Positions 17,499 through 26,567 of a DNA stretch of 64,000 nt are shown here, piece by piece. This stretch comes from Clostridia bacterium (GTDB lineage: Bacteria > Bacillota > Clostridia > Oscillospirales > CAG-272): contig JAFQEG010000003.1 of assembly GCA_017399145.1 (NCBI GenBank), positions 50,553-114,552 on the forward strand. The letters run 5' to 3'. The stretch's first letter is position 1, and every line of letters begins with the position of its first letter. The notes under the pieces are model-generated. The model saw only the letters and a program-made list of their open reading frames with translations, had not been told where the DNA came from and ran no database searches. Both the position numbers and the translations under genes were made by a program.

Positions 17499-18855
17499 TA
17501 ACGTAGAAATACGTGAAAATGGACACAAGTATGCCCTTTCAAAAATCAACAAGGGTCAAGACGTTATAAAATACGGCTTTCCTATTGGTGTGGCTACCTG
17601 TGATATTGAAATTGGTGAGCACGTGCACACTCACAACGTAAAAACTAAGCTTTCTGGCAATCTTGAATATACATATAATTACAAGGATTACGGAATTAAG
17701 CCTGCTAAGAGTGACTTGTACTTTGAGGGCTACGTGCGTGAAAATGGCGATGTTGGTATTCGTAACGAGGTTTGGATTGTTAACACAGTTGGTTGTGTAA
17801 ACAAGATAGCCGAGGCTCTTGCTAAAAAAACAGGGGCTAAGTGCTTTACTCACCCTTATGGCTGCTCACAATTAGGCGACGACCATTCCCTTACACAAAA
17901 GATACTTTGTGCAATGATTAAGCATCCTAACGCAGGTGGTGTTTTAGTCCTTGGCTTAGGCTGTGAAAACAACAATATTAACGAGCTCAAAAAGGTGCTT
18001 GGTCCATATAACGAAAAGCGAGTTAAGTTTTTAAACACTCAAGACGTTGAAGACGAGCTTAAGGTTGGCGAAAATCTTATTTCAGAGCTATTCGAATATG
18101 CAAAGAGCTTTAAGCGAAAGAGGGTACATATTTCAAAGCTTAAAATCGGCTTAAAATGTGGTGGTAGTGATGGCTTAAGTGGTATTTCTGCCAATCCTTT
18201 GGTTGGTAGAATTTGTGACCGACTTGTTTCCTTTGGTGGTAGCTGTGTTTTAACAGAGGTGCCTGAAATGTTTGGTGCTGAGCATTTGCTTATGGAAAGA
18301 TGCGTAAGCAAGGATATTTTTGATAAGGCAGTTTTGTTAATTAACAATTTTAAGGACTACTTTACAAGACACAATCAGGTTATTTACGAAAACCCCTCTC
18401 CTGGAAACAAAGAGGGTGGCATTACTACCCTTGAGGAAAAGTCCTTAGGTTGTGTACAAAAGGGTGGTCTTTCCCCTGTGGTTGACGTGCTTGATTATGG
18501 TGATACAATTACAAAAAACGGTCTTTCTCTACTAAATGGTCCTGGAAACGACATTGTCGCAATTACTAATTTAATGGCGAGTGGTGCGGTTATGATATTA
18601 TTTACAACAGGTAGAGGCACTCCTTTGGGTGGTGCTGTGCCTACTGTAAAGATTTCTACAAACTCTACTCTTGCTAAGAAAAAAGCTAATTGGATTGACT
18701 TTGACGCATCCGTTGTCCTAGATAAAATGACAATGGACCAGGGTGCCGATAGCCTACTTTCCTATTTAATTGAGGTTGCAGGTGGTAAGCAGACTAAAAA
18801 CGAGGAAAACGGCTTTTCCGAGATTGCTATTTTCAAGGATGGCGTTACACTTTAA
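17479..18855 (+). CDS. uxaA: Altronate dehydratase
   Basis: SAF-type N-terminus (IHPNDNVEI...G..IKYG.PIG.A...I..GEHVHTHN) followed by a UxaA/GarD C-terminal domain. Overlaps the uxaB end by 20 nt. Confidence 0.85.
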   Translation: MQIHPNDNVEIRENGHKYALSKINKGQDVIKYGFPIGVATCDIEIGEHVHTHNVKTKLSGNLEYTYNYKDYGIKPAKSDLYFEGYVRENGDVGIRNEVWIVNTVGCVNKIAEALAKKTGAKCFTHPYGCSQLGDDHSLTQKILCAMIKHPNAGGVLVLGLGCENNNINELKKVLGPYNEKRVKFLNTQDVEDELKVGENLISELFEYAKSFKRKRVHISKLKIGLKCGGSDGLSGISANPLVGRICDRLVSFGGSCVLTEVPEMFGAEHLLMERCVSKDIFDKAVLLINNFKDYFTRHNQVIYENPSPGNKEGGITTLEEKSLGCVQKGGLSPVVDVLDYGDTITKNGLSLLNGPGNDIVAITNLMASGAVMILFTTGRGTPLGGAVPTVKISTNSTLAKKKANWIDFDASVVLDKMTMDQGADSLLSYLIEVAGGKQTKNEENGFSEIAIFKDGVTL

Positions 18856-18882
18856 TTTTGAATATTAAGCGAGGAATAAAAA

Positions 18883-20271
18883 ATGAGCTATATTAAGGAT
18901 GATTTTTTACTAGAAAATGAAAGTGCAAGAAACTTGTACTTTGGATATGCTAAAGAAATGCCAATTTTTGACTATCACTGTCATTTGTCAGAGTATCAAA
19001 TTTTGGAAAATAAGCCATTTAACGACATTTTCGAAATTTGGCTTGCAGGCGACCACTACAAGTGGCGTTTAATGAGAAACTACGGTGTAAACGAGGAATA
19101 CATTACAGGTAGCAAGTCAAACAAGGAAAAGTTTATTGCTTACTGCACAACCCTTGGCACTGCCTTTGGTAATCCACTTTATCACTGGTCACAGGTTGAA
19201 TTAAAGGAATATTTCGGTTGTGAGCTTGAAATCAACGCAAGGAATGCCGAGGCTATTTGGGACCAATGCAACGAATATATAAAGAGCAATTCTATAACCC
19301 CAGCATCACTTATTAAGGACTCAAACGTTACTCATTTGTTTACTACTAATGAGGTGTTTGATAAGCTTGAGGTTTTCAAGGAGCTTGAAAAGAAGAATTA
19401 CGGCTTCTCTGTTAAGCCTGCATTTAGGGCTGACAAGATAATGAATATTGATGCAAGTGCTTATCTTGAATTTATCGGCAAGCTTGAGGCACTTACACTT
19501 CCACTTAAGTCTATTGACGACCTTGAAAAGGCGCTTGAAATGAGACTTCAAGCTTTTATCGAGGTTGGTGCTAAGGCTAGCGATATTGCCCTTGAATGTG
19601 TATATACAATTCCTGAAAAGGAAGAGGCTAACAAGGTGTTTGTAAGCGTGCTTGCAGGTAACAAGCCTAGCGAGGAAGAAGCTGAATGCTTTAAGGGCTA
19701 TTTGACATATTATTTAATGAAGCTTTATGGCAAGTACAATATTGCAACTGAGCTACATATAGGTGCTATGCGTAATAACAACTCAGTTATGCTTAGTAAG
19801 CTAGGACTTGACACAGGCTATGATTCTATTTCAGACAAAAATAGCATTTCTAAGCTTTCAAGACTTCTTGACAGACTAAACAACGAGGGCTATATGCCTA
19901 AGCTAATTTTGTTCAATCTTAACCCTAAGATGAATACTGAGATTATGTCACTTATGGGTTGCTTCCAGGATGATAGTGCTAAGGGCAAGGTGCAATTTGG
20001 ACCTGCTTGGTGGTTCCTTGATAATAAGGTTGGTATGGAAAACCACCTAAAGGACCTTTGTGCAACCGGTCATATTGGTGCCTTTGTTGGTATGCTAACC
20101 GATAGCCGTTCCTTCCTTTCCTATCCTCGTCATCACTACTTCCGTAGAATTTTATGTAACTATCTTGGCACACTTATGGAAAATGGTGAAATGACCCGTA
20201 GCAGAGACCTGGTAGGCTCCGTTGTTAAGGATATTTGCTATAATAATTCTATTGCTTATTTTGGTATGTAA
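18883..20271 (+). CDS. uxaC: Glucuronate (uronate) isomerase
   Basis: FLLENESARNLYFGYAKEMPIFDYHCHL N-terminus and 462 aa length are typical of UxaC. Confidence 0.9.
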   Translation: MSYIKDDFLLENESARNLYFGYAKEMPIFDYHCHLSEYQILENKPFNDIFEIWLAGDHYKWRLMRNYGVNEEYITGSKSNKEKFIAYCTTLGTAFGNPLYHWSQVELKEYFGCELEINARNAEAIWDQCNEYIKSNSITPASLIKDSNVTHLFTTNEVFDKLEVFKELEKKNYGFSVKPAFRADKIMNIDASAYLEFIGKLEALTLPLKSIDDLEKALEMRLQAFIEVGAKASDIALECVYTIPEKEEANKVFVSVLAGNKPSEEEAECFKGYLTYYLMKLYGKYNIATELHIGAMRNNNSVMLSKLGLDTGYDSISDKNSISKLSRLLDRLNNEGYMPKLILFNLNPKMNTEIMSLMGCFQDDSAKGKVQFGPAWWFLDNKVGMENHLKDLCATGHIGAFVGMLTDSRSFLSYPRHHYFRRILCNYLGTLMENGEMTRSRDLVGSVVKDICYNNSIAYFGM

Positions 20272-20338
20272 ATAAAAATCACAATAATTTTTCATCTAAG
20301 GTATTGTTTTTTCAAATTCTTTGGATATAATTAATTAA

Positions 20339-20409
20339 GGGCGAGCGAGCATATTGTTGGGCAACGCTATTTTTAGCGACCTCTTGTGTTACGACCTCGC
20401 CTTTTTTTT
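20339..20409 (+). terminator. Branched hairpin plus T8 tract downstream of uxaC (complex terminator or small-RNA 3' end)
   Basis: GGCGAG (20340-20345) pairs with CTCGCC (20396-20401) around a 50-nt insert carrying small inner hairpins (GTTG-gg-CAAC; CGCT-attttt-AGCG), followed by eight T (20402-20409). Confidence 0.5.
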
Positions 20410-20471
20410 ATGCTTGAATTACTTTTTTTAATTTCTTGACATTTATTTTTTTTATTTTTTAATTTTACAAA

Positions 20472-20509
20472 TAGAAACGCTAAGCCATTTTAACGGCTTA
20501 GCGTTTCTA
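20472..20509. terminator. Bidirectional intrinsic terminator (perfect 15-bp stem)
   Basis: TAGAAACGCTAAGCC-attttaac-GGCTTAGCGTTTCTA. T-rich on the plus side and A-rich upstream. Serves the convergent hydrolase gene (stop 20551). Confidence 0.8.
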
Positions 20510-20550
20510 TTTATCTATGTGTGTTTTTAGTTTTCTAAATAAAAAGACTG

Positions 20551-21564
20551 TTACCTCTTTTTTTGAATTTCTTGCCATGCCTCGTTTGGATAAAAGCTAT
20601 GGCCCCCATTGCAAATTATATGAGTGCACTTGTCGATTGCGTTTTGGGTGTCGTATATTTTTTTAATTCTTGCAAATTCTCTTTTAGCACCGTCGATTGG
20701 GAACCATCTGTCCTCTGTGCCACTTACTACAATTAGTCTTTTGGGCACTATTAAAACTGCTAAATCGCCCATATCAAAGTGCTTTGCCATATTAGGCACG
20801 TAGTTACAGGCACAATGGCTTTTTTCAGTAATTGAGTCGTAAAGGCTACATAGTGCAACACCGGGGACATAGGTATCAAATCGGTCATCAAGACAGGCTA
20901 CGTAGTAGGTTGCTGTGCCACCGCCAGACATACCTACTAAAACTGAATTTTCCATTGTTACAATATCGCTATATTTCTCTAGTATGCTATCAACGACCCT
21001 TTTAACATCGTGTACTCTTTCGCCAACAAGGGTACGCCCTATCATAATAGCAGTTAGTGCTGGGTGTAGGCAATTTGTTCCCCCTGTTTTTAGGTCACCA
21101 CCATTTTCGCCAAAGCCTCTTTGCTCAATTGCTAAGGCGATATAGCCACGTGATGTGGCTTGTATGCAGAAGTCAATGCCTTCATTTTGAAGATAAACCT
21201 CGTCATAAGGGAACTTTTCAATTCCTAAGCCTAGATGCGCGCCACTTACGTGTCCCTGTAAGCAAACACAAAGTGGTAGCCTTTCTCCGTTATAATTCTT
21301 AGGAAATAAAAGGTGACAGCTTGCATAATAGTTCTCTTCTGTTTTTATGGCTAAGCAAAGGTGCTTTTGTCCCTTTAGCAATTCTTCCTTTAATATTTTT
21401 ATATCTATATCTGTTGGTACAATTTCGTTTATGCCCAAAAGCTGAATTAGCTTTTCCTTACATTTTTCCCTGTGGGCAGAAAAATCTGATTCAAGGTCCC
21501 AGCGCATGCTTGGAATTATATTTTTGATTATTTTTTTATGTACTTCATTTGGTAGAAAATTCAT
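20551..21564 (-). CDS. Alpha/beta hydrolase (putative carbohydrate esterase)
   Basis: Nucleophile elbow GMSGGG, a later D and a GGHSF block give a Ser-Asp-His order. The exact family was not determined. Confidence 0.65.
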   Translation of the reverse strand: MNFLPNEVHKKIIKNIIPSMRWDLESDFSAHREKCKEKLIQLLGINEIVPTDIDIKILKEELLKGQKHLCLAIKTEENYYASCHLLFPKNYNGERLPLCVCLQGHVSGAHLGLGIEKFPYDEVYLQNEGIDFCIQATSRGYIALAIEQRGFGENGGDLKTGGTNCLHPALTAIMIGRTLVGERVHDVKRVVDSILEKYSDIVTMENSVLVGMSGGGTATYYVACLDDRFDTYVPGVALCSLYDSITEKSHCACNYVPNMAKHFDMGDLAVLIVPKRLIVVSGTEDRWFPIDGAKREFARIKKIYDTQNAIDKCTHIICNGGHSFYPNEAWQEIQKKR

Positions 21565-21635
21565 AGCCTTACCTCTTTATCTGTTGCTAGCTTTATTATA
21601 ACATTATATAAGATTAATGTAAACATTTTTTTAAG

Positions 21636-21664
21636 AAAAAACGACTTCAGCTGAAGTCGTTTTT
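21636..21664. terminator. Intrinsic terminator after the HAD-like gene
   Basis: Perfect palindrome ACGACTTCAG/CTGAAGTCGT flanked by AAAAA and TTTT, overlapping the stop at 21663-21665. Confidence 0.75.
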
Positions 21665-22136
21665 ATCCATTTAAAATTTGTATTGCTAGGTCAACGTGTC
21701 TTGGGGTCAAGCCGTTATTCATTGAGGTTTTTACATAATTTAAGGTTAGATTACAGCCGTCGTAATCGAATTGGCAGTCGTCAAGAATTACGAATTTTGA
21801 AACCTTATGGGTGTCAAGATAATGAAGTATGCCCTCGCCTCGACTCATATATATGCCATTGTATCTATTTTCGGTTTTGTCAAGGATTCTTAATCCCTGT
21901 CTTTTCATTTTTCTGTCAAGGTAGTCGCCAATTTCGTTTTGCTCATATTTTTTGGTAGGGTCGGCAATCCAGTCCTCCTTCCAAGTGGAAACCAAAACTA
22001 TTTTAGCGCCTGTTTTATCTACTATTTCCTTTAGTCTTTTTACCTTGTCGTCATCTATTCCTAACATACCATTTATTTGGCTTGTTGACTTGTTGCAATT
22101 TAAAACTCCGTCTATGTCTAAGAAGATTATTTTCAT
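21663..22136 (-). CDS. Small HAD-like phosphatase-fold protein
   Basis: MKIIFLDIDGVLN (DxDGV motif I) and ...VLVSTW. ATG 22134-22136 with AGGAGG RBS. Resembles stand-alone HAD domains seen in RNA-repair-type proteins. Confidence 0.65.
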   Translation of the reverse strand: MKIIFLDIDGVLNCNKSTSQINGMLGIDDDKVKRLKEIVDKTGAKIVLVSTWKEDWIADPTKKYEQNEIGDYLDRKMKRQGLRILDKTENRYNGIYMSRGEGILHYLDTHKVSKFVILDDCQFDYDGCNLTLNYVKTSMNNGLTPRHVDLAIQILNG

Positions 22137-22390
22137 TTTATCGCCTCCTATCATTAATTATAACAGGCTTAATGCACCATTTTTGGTACATTGGTTTTGA
22201 TTTTTTCGGGAGTATTTGCCCTAGTGGGGTGCGGTGGGGATGGGGTGACCGAGCTATCGGTGTTGCATATGTGGGGTGAGCGTAGCCACAGTTTCGCTTG
22301 GCAGTGAGGAGGCGTTAGTTGGACTGTAAATGCAGTTGGAGTGGCTGTGTGGGTGCAGTTGTGTTGGACTGATAGCAACGGCGTGTATGC

Positions 22391-22418
22391 AAAAAGGAGT
22401 GCGTTTGCACTCCTTTTG
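22391..22418. terminator. Bidirectional intrinsic terminator after the CofE-like gene
   Basis: AAAAGGAGTGC-gttt-GCACTCCTTTT, 3 nt below the stop at 22421. Confidence 0.8.
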
Positions 22419-22420
22419 AA

Positions 22421-23614
22421 TTATTCAGTTGTGTAGTTATCGAAATAGCCTTGGATATATACGATAGGTGTGCCCTTGTCACCTGAGCCAGAGGTTAGGT
22501 CGCAGAGTGAACCGATTAGGTCAGTAAGTCTTCTTGGGGTTGTGCCCTCAGATGCCATTTGACCAACTAGGTTGTCGTCCTTTTCCTTAATCTTGCTCTT
22601 GATTGCTTCCTTAAGTGCATCGCCTGAAAGGTCTGCAAATTCATTATCAGCTACGTATTTAATCTTAATTTCGTTTGGTGTGCCCTCAAGTCCATTTGTG
22701 TATGCAGGGGATACGATTGGGTCAGCAAGCTCCCAAATCTTACCTACTGGGTCCTTGAATGCGCCGTCACCATATACCATAACCTCAACTATCTTGCCTG
22801 TCTTTTCCAAAAGGCTCTTTTGAATAGCCTCAACAAGCTTTTGGCAATCACGTGGGAATAGCTTAACCTTATCCTCGGTTGCCTTGTTTGATCCTAGCAA
22901 GCCGTACTGCTCGTTGTAGCCACTGCCATCAACTGAGGAATTAAGAATTTCATCAAGACCACAAACGATTTCTGCGCCAGCATTCTTCAAAAGACGCTTT
23001 GTACGGAAGCGAGTGTGAATGTCACAGTTAAGAACGTTCTTTGTATATGCAAGAATTGCACGTGGGTCATTAGCAAAGATAATCTCTACGTCTGCACCAC
23101 TTTCTCTAATAAGCTGTTCATAATATTCAACGTAGTCAACACCGGTAAATCTATGCTTTTCATAGCCAAAAAGCTCACGATAGGTCTTAAGGTCCAAAAC
23201 GTCCTTGTAAGGGTCAATTCCCTTTTCGTCAAGCATATCAAGGCTAATTAGATGGTTACCAACCTCGTCAGATGGATAAGAAAGCATCAAAACAATTTTC
23301 TTTGCTCCCTTTGCAATACCACGTAGGCAGATTGCAAAACGATTACGGCTAAGAATTGGGAAAATAACACCTACTGTTTCTCCACCTAGCTTTGCTTTAA
23401 CGTCCTTTGCAATTTGGTCAACTGTTGCGTAGTTACCCTGTGCTCTTGCAACAATAGCCTCTGTCATTGCAACAACGTCACGATTGCGTACCTTGAAGCC
23501 ATCATCTGCGCTTGCCTCAAGAACTGTGTTGGTAACGATTTCAATAAGATTGTCACCCTCACGGATAATGGGAGCTCTTAGACCTCTTGATACTGTACCG
23601 ACCATACGACTCAT
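22421..23614 (-). CDS. Coenzyme F420:L-glutamate ligase-like (CofE-family) protein
   Basis: MSRMVGTVSRGLRAPIIREGDNL..., RNRDVVAMTEAIVARAQGN and a second similar half resemble the CofE fold. Start moved to ATG 23612-23614 (AAAGGAGTG RBS). Confidence 0.55.
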   Translation of the reverse strand: MSRMVGTVSRGLRAPIIREGDNLIEIVTNTVLEASADDGFKVRNRDVVAMTEAIVARAQGNYATVDQIAKDVKAKLGGETVGVIFPILSRNRFAICLRGIAKGAKKIVLMLSYPSDEVGNHLISLDMLDEKGIDPYKDVLDLKTYRELFGYEKHRFTGVDYVEYYEQLIRESGADVEIIFANDPRAILAYTKNVLNCDIHTRFRTKRLLKNAGAEIVCGLDEILNSSVDGSGYNEQYGLLGSNKATEDKVKLFPRDCQKLVEAIQKSLLEKTGKIVEVMVYGDGAFKDPVGKIWELADPIVSPAYTNGLEGTPNEIKIKYVADNEFADLSGDALKEAIKSKIKEKDDNLVGQMASEGTTPRRLTDLIGSLCDLTSGSGDKGTPIVYIQGYFDNYTTE

Positions 23615-23801
23615 AATATTATACACTCCTTTTTTTGCTGTCCGATATGCCATTTTTAAGGTTTTTTCGGGCAAAAGCTTTTTTAACACAATAAGTATAG
23701 CAAAAAAATGCTTAAATGTAAAGAAAAATTTTTTAATATTTTTAATTTTTTATAATATGACTATACTTATAGCTTTAATTTAGACATTTTTGTTTTATTT
23801 G

Positions 23802-24665
23802 CTAAAAATTTTTCATAAGCTCCTCTATTCGTCTTGCACTCTTAGCAAGCTCAATTACGCCTTCCATTACGTTATCCTTGCTATAAGCATTTAAATATTG
23901 GTCTGCCTCAAGGGTAAGCTCACCTTGATAGCCTATTTCCTTTAGCGCCCTTGCGATTTCGACAAAGTCGATATTCATCGAAAATGGAATTTGGTGACTG
24001 TCGTGAAGCCTATCATTGTCGTGAATATGTAGCGCTTGCAATCTGTTGCCTAGCTCCCTTATCATATAAGGTGCACCATCGCCCGACCCTTGCATTTCTG
24101 CGTGACCAAGGTCAAGACATGCAACTAGGTATGGGTCATTTACAATATCAATATGCTCCTTGAAGCTTTTTGCAGTTGAGCACGCGGCAAAGCAACTTTG
24201 AGTTGCGCCGTTTTCCCAGTTCCACATATTTTCAGTAGCAATTTTTACACCACATTCCTTTGCAAAGGGTAAAAGATCTAGGTACATTTCTGCATTTTTC
24301 TCAGCTGAGCTATTGTTATCCGGGTGAACTATACAAATTTTACCACCAGCCTCGGCTGTACACTCAATTGCTCTTTTTTGTAGGTCCAATATTGCCTTTA
24401 CTCTTACAGGAAATGGTGCGTGTGATTGATTACACTCGATGCCACAGCTTTGTCCTATCTGCTTTAGCTTACGTGCAAAGGCAAGATATTCTCTGCCTGC
24501 AAGTGGGTGGTTGCTTTCTACAAGAGTGTAGGTTGACCAATCTATTCTTCCCATTTCAAACATAGAAAAGTCCCAACAATCAAAGCCTGCCTTAGCAAGC
24601 ATTTCTATTGCCTTTTCTTCACCTACGTGCTTTGATAAGCTACATATTTCGGTTGATATTTTCAT
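23802..24665 (-). CDS. Sugar phosphate isomerase/epimerase (xylose isomerase-like TIM barrel)
   Basis: 287 aa with ...IVHP..., ENM and LDLGH..., HIHDN motifs, typical of the AP endonuclease 2 / xylose isomerase-like barrel family. Confidence 0.75.
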   Translation of the reverse strand: MKISTEICSLSKHVGEEKAIEMLAKAGFDCWDFSMFEMGRIDWSTYTLVESNHPLAGREYLAFARKLKQIGQSCGIECNQSHAPFPVRVKAILDLQKRAIECTAEAGGKICIVHPDNNSSAEKNAEMYLDLLPFAKECGVKIATENMWNWENGATQSCFAACSTAKSFKEHIDIVNDPYLVACLDLGHAEMQGSGDGAPYMIRELGNRLQALHIHDNDRLHDSHQIPFSMNIDFVEIARALKEIGYQGELTLEADQYLNAYSKDNVMEGVIELAKSARRIEELMKNF

Positions 24666-24761
24666 TGTGCCTCTCCTTTGTGCCTTTATGCTTTTATTCT
24701 ATCACATTTAGTGTATCGTTTCAACAATATTTCGTATTTTTCCTTATATTTTATTATTTGA

Positions 24762-24790
24762 TTGACAAGGAATTGTTTTTGTGCTATTAT
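24762..24790 (+). promoter_or_regulatory. Promoter of the asnC-aminotransferase pair
   Basis: TTGACA (24762-24767), 17 nt, TGcTATTAT (extended -10, 24785-24790). Confidence 0.6.
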
Positions 24791-24831
24791 TAAAATAACT
24801 TTTTAGCAAGCTAAAGTAAAGGAGAATTAAA

Positions 24832-25317
24832 ATGGATAAGATTTTACAATTACTTGAAGAGGATGCAACTCTTACAGCTGAACAGCTTTCTACTATGCTT
24901 TCGAAAGAGGTTGGCGAAATTAAAAATGCTATCGAAAAGTATGAAAAGGATGGGGTTATTCTTGGATATAAGACTCTTATCGACTGGGATAAAACCGACC
25001 GTGAATACGTAAGTGCCATTATCGAGGTTAAGGTTATGCCTCAAAGAGATAGAGGCTTTGATAGAATTGCTGAAAAGATTTATAATCATCCTGAGGTTAA
25101 GTCCCTCTATCTTATGTCCTCTGGCGGCTTTGACCTAGCTTTGATTATTGAGGGTAAGACAATGAAGGAGGTAGCTTATTTTGTTGCACAAAAGCTTGCT
25201 CCTATTGAATCTGTAACTGCTACTGCTACTCACTTTGTATTGAGAAAATACAAGGACAAGGGCGTTATTTACGGCGGTTGCGACGAGGTTGACGGAAGAG
25301 GTAACATTATTATATGA
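24832..25317 (+). CDS. Lrp/AsnC-family transcriptional regulator
   Basis: N-terminal winged HTH (ILQLLEEDATLTAEQLSTMLS) plus a RAM-type C-terminal domain. 4-nt overlap with the next gene. Confidence 0.85.
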   Translation: MDKILQLLEEDATLTAEQLSTMLSKEVGEIKNAIEKYEKDGVILGYKTLIDWDKTDREYVSAIIEVKVMPQRDRGFDRIAEKIYNHPEVKSLYLMSSGGFDLALIIEGKTMKEVAYFVAQKLAPIESVTATATHFVLRKYKDKGVIYGGCDEVDGRGNIII

Positions 25318-26486
25318 TAGACTATCAAAGGATGCTGTCCTCTAAGGTACAGGACATTAAGCCATCTGGTATTAGAAAGTTTTTTGATATGCTTTCTGAG
25401 ATGGAAAATGTCGTAGGCCTTACAGTTGGTCAGCCAGATTTTATAACTCCTTGGCACATTCGTGAGGCTGCTATTGAGAGTCTTGAGCAGGGTAAAACCT
25501 ACTATACCTCAAATGCCGGTACTAACGAATTGCGCTTTGAGATTTCAAGGTATATGAAGAGAAAATTCAACCTTGATTATTCTCCTAAAGACCAAATTGT
25601 AGTAACTGTTGGTGGTAGTGAGGCAATAGATGCAACTATGCGTGCTATTCTTGAGCCTGGCGATGAGGTTATTTTGCCTCTACCCTCCTTTGTTTGCTAC
25701 GGTCCTATTGCTGAAATGATTGGCGCAACCGTTGTGCCGATTGAAACTAAGCTTGAAAATAAATTTAAGCTAACACCTGATGAATTAAAGAAGGCTATTA
25801 CACCAAAAACAAAGCTTCTTATTCTACCATTCCCTAACAACCCTACCGGTGCTATTCTTACGAGGGAAGAGCTAGAGGGCATAGCTGAGGTTATTCGTGA
25901 CACTAACATTGCTATTCTTTCCGATGAAATTTACGCTGAGCTTACCTATGGTAAAAGACACGTATCTATTGCTGAAATTGACGGCATGAAGGAAAGGACA
26001 ATCATTGCAAGTGGCTTTTCTAAGGCTTATGCTATGACCGGCTGGCGACTTGGCTATATTTGTGGTCCTGCGCCTGTGGTAAAGGAAATTTTAAAGATAC
26101 ATCAATATGCTATTATGTGCGCACCTACTGCTTCTCAATTTGCAGCAGTTGAGGCTATGAAAAATGGTGATGATGACGTTGAAATGATGAGGGCTGAATA
26201 CAACCGTAGACGTGTATTTATGCTTGAAGGGTTAAGAAGAATTGGTATTGAGTGCTTTGAGCCCGAGGGTGCATTCTACCTATACCCGTATATTGCTCCA
26301 TTCGGCTTATCTAGTGAGGAATTTGCTGAGAGGCTTTTAAACGAGCATAGCTGTGCTATCGTGCCCGGTACTGCCTTTGGTGACTGTGGCGAGGGCTTTG
26401 CTAGAATTTCTTATGCTTATTCCGTTAAGCACCTAGGTCAAGCACTTGAAAGAATGGAAGCCTTTGTTAAAAAGCTTAAAAAGTAA
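25314..26486 (+). CDS. Class I/II pyridoxal-phosphate aminotransferase (aspartate aminotransferase-like)
   Basis: GQPDF, NPTGA and SGFSKAYAMTGWRLGY (PLP-lysine region) motifs. Confidence 0.85.
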   Translation: MIDYQRMLSSKVQDIKPSGIRKFFDMLSEMENVVGLTVGQPDFITPWHIREAAIESLEQGKTYYTSNAGTNELRFEISRYMKRKFNLDYSPKDQIVVTVGGSEAIDATMRAILEPGDEVILPLPSFVCYGPIAEMIGATVVPIETKLENKFKLTPDELKKAITPKTKLLILPFPNNPTGAILTREELEGIAEVIRDTNIAILSDEIYAELTYGKRHVSIAEIDGMKERTIIASGFSKAYAMTGWRLGYICGPAPVVKEILKIHQYAIMCAPTASQFAAVEAMKNGDDDVEMMRAEYNRRRVFMLEGLRRIGIECFEPEGAFYLYPYIAPFGLSSEEFAERLLNEHSCAIVPGTAFGDCGEGFARISYAYSVKHLGQALERMEAFVKKLKK

Positions 26487-26514
26487 AAAATGCGACACAG
26501 TGTCGCATTTTTTT
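26485..26514 (+). terminator. Intrinsic terminator after the aminotransferase gene
   Basis: AAAAAATGCGACAC-a-GTGTCGCATTTTTTT. Confidence 0.75.
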
Positions 26515-26536
26515 ACCTTGTTGTGATTTGTCGAAT

Positions 26537-26566
26537 AGAAAAGCCTCAATTGAATTGAGGCTTTTT
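26537..26566 (-). terminator. Intrinsic terminator after tadA
   Basis: AAGCCTCAAT-tga-ATTGAGGCTT, with a T-rich tract when read on the minus strand. Confidence 0.7.
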
Positions 26567-26567
26567 G

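Noticed and set aside
20339-20401. tRNA-like reading of GGGCGAG...CTCGCC as a 7-bp acceptor stem.
   Set aside because: Only 50 nt lie between the arms, there is no GTTCGAATC-type T-loop or D-arm, and the 3' end is a T-run rather than a discriminator plus CCA.
22169-22378. 69-aa minus-strand ORF (Thr/Pro-rich) in the G/T-skewed block.
   Set aside because: There is no RBS, and the composition simply reflects the C/A-rich strand. It overlaps the HAD-like gene promoter region.
23691-23770. Perfect 10-bp inverted repeat ATAAGTATAG / CTATACTTAT, 60 bp apart, around the CofE-like gene promoter.
   Set aside because: It is AT-rich and short. One arm coincides with a plausible -10 (TATACT), and chance occurrence cannot be excluded without statistics or conservation data.
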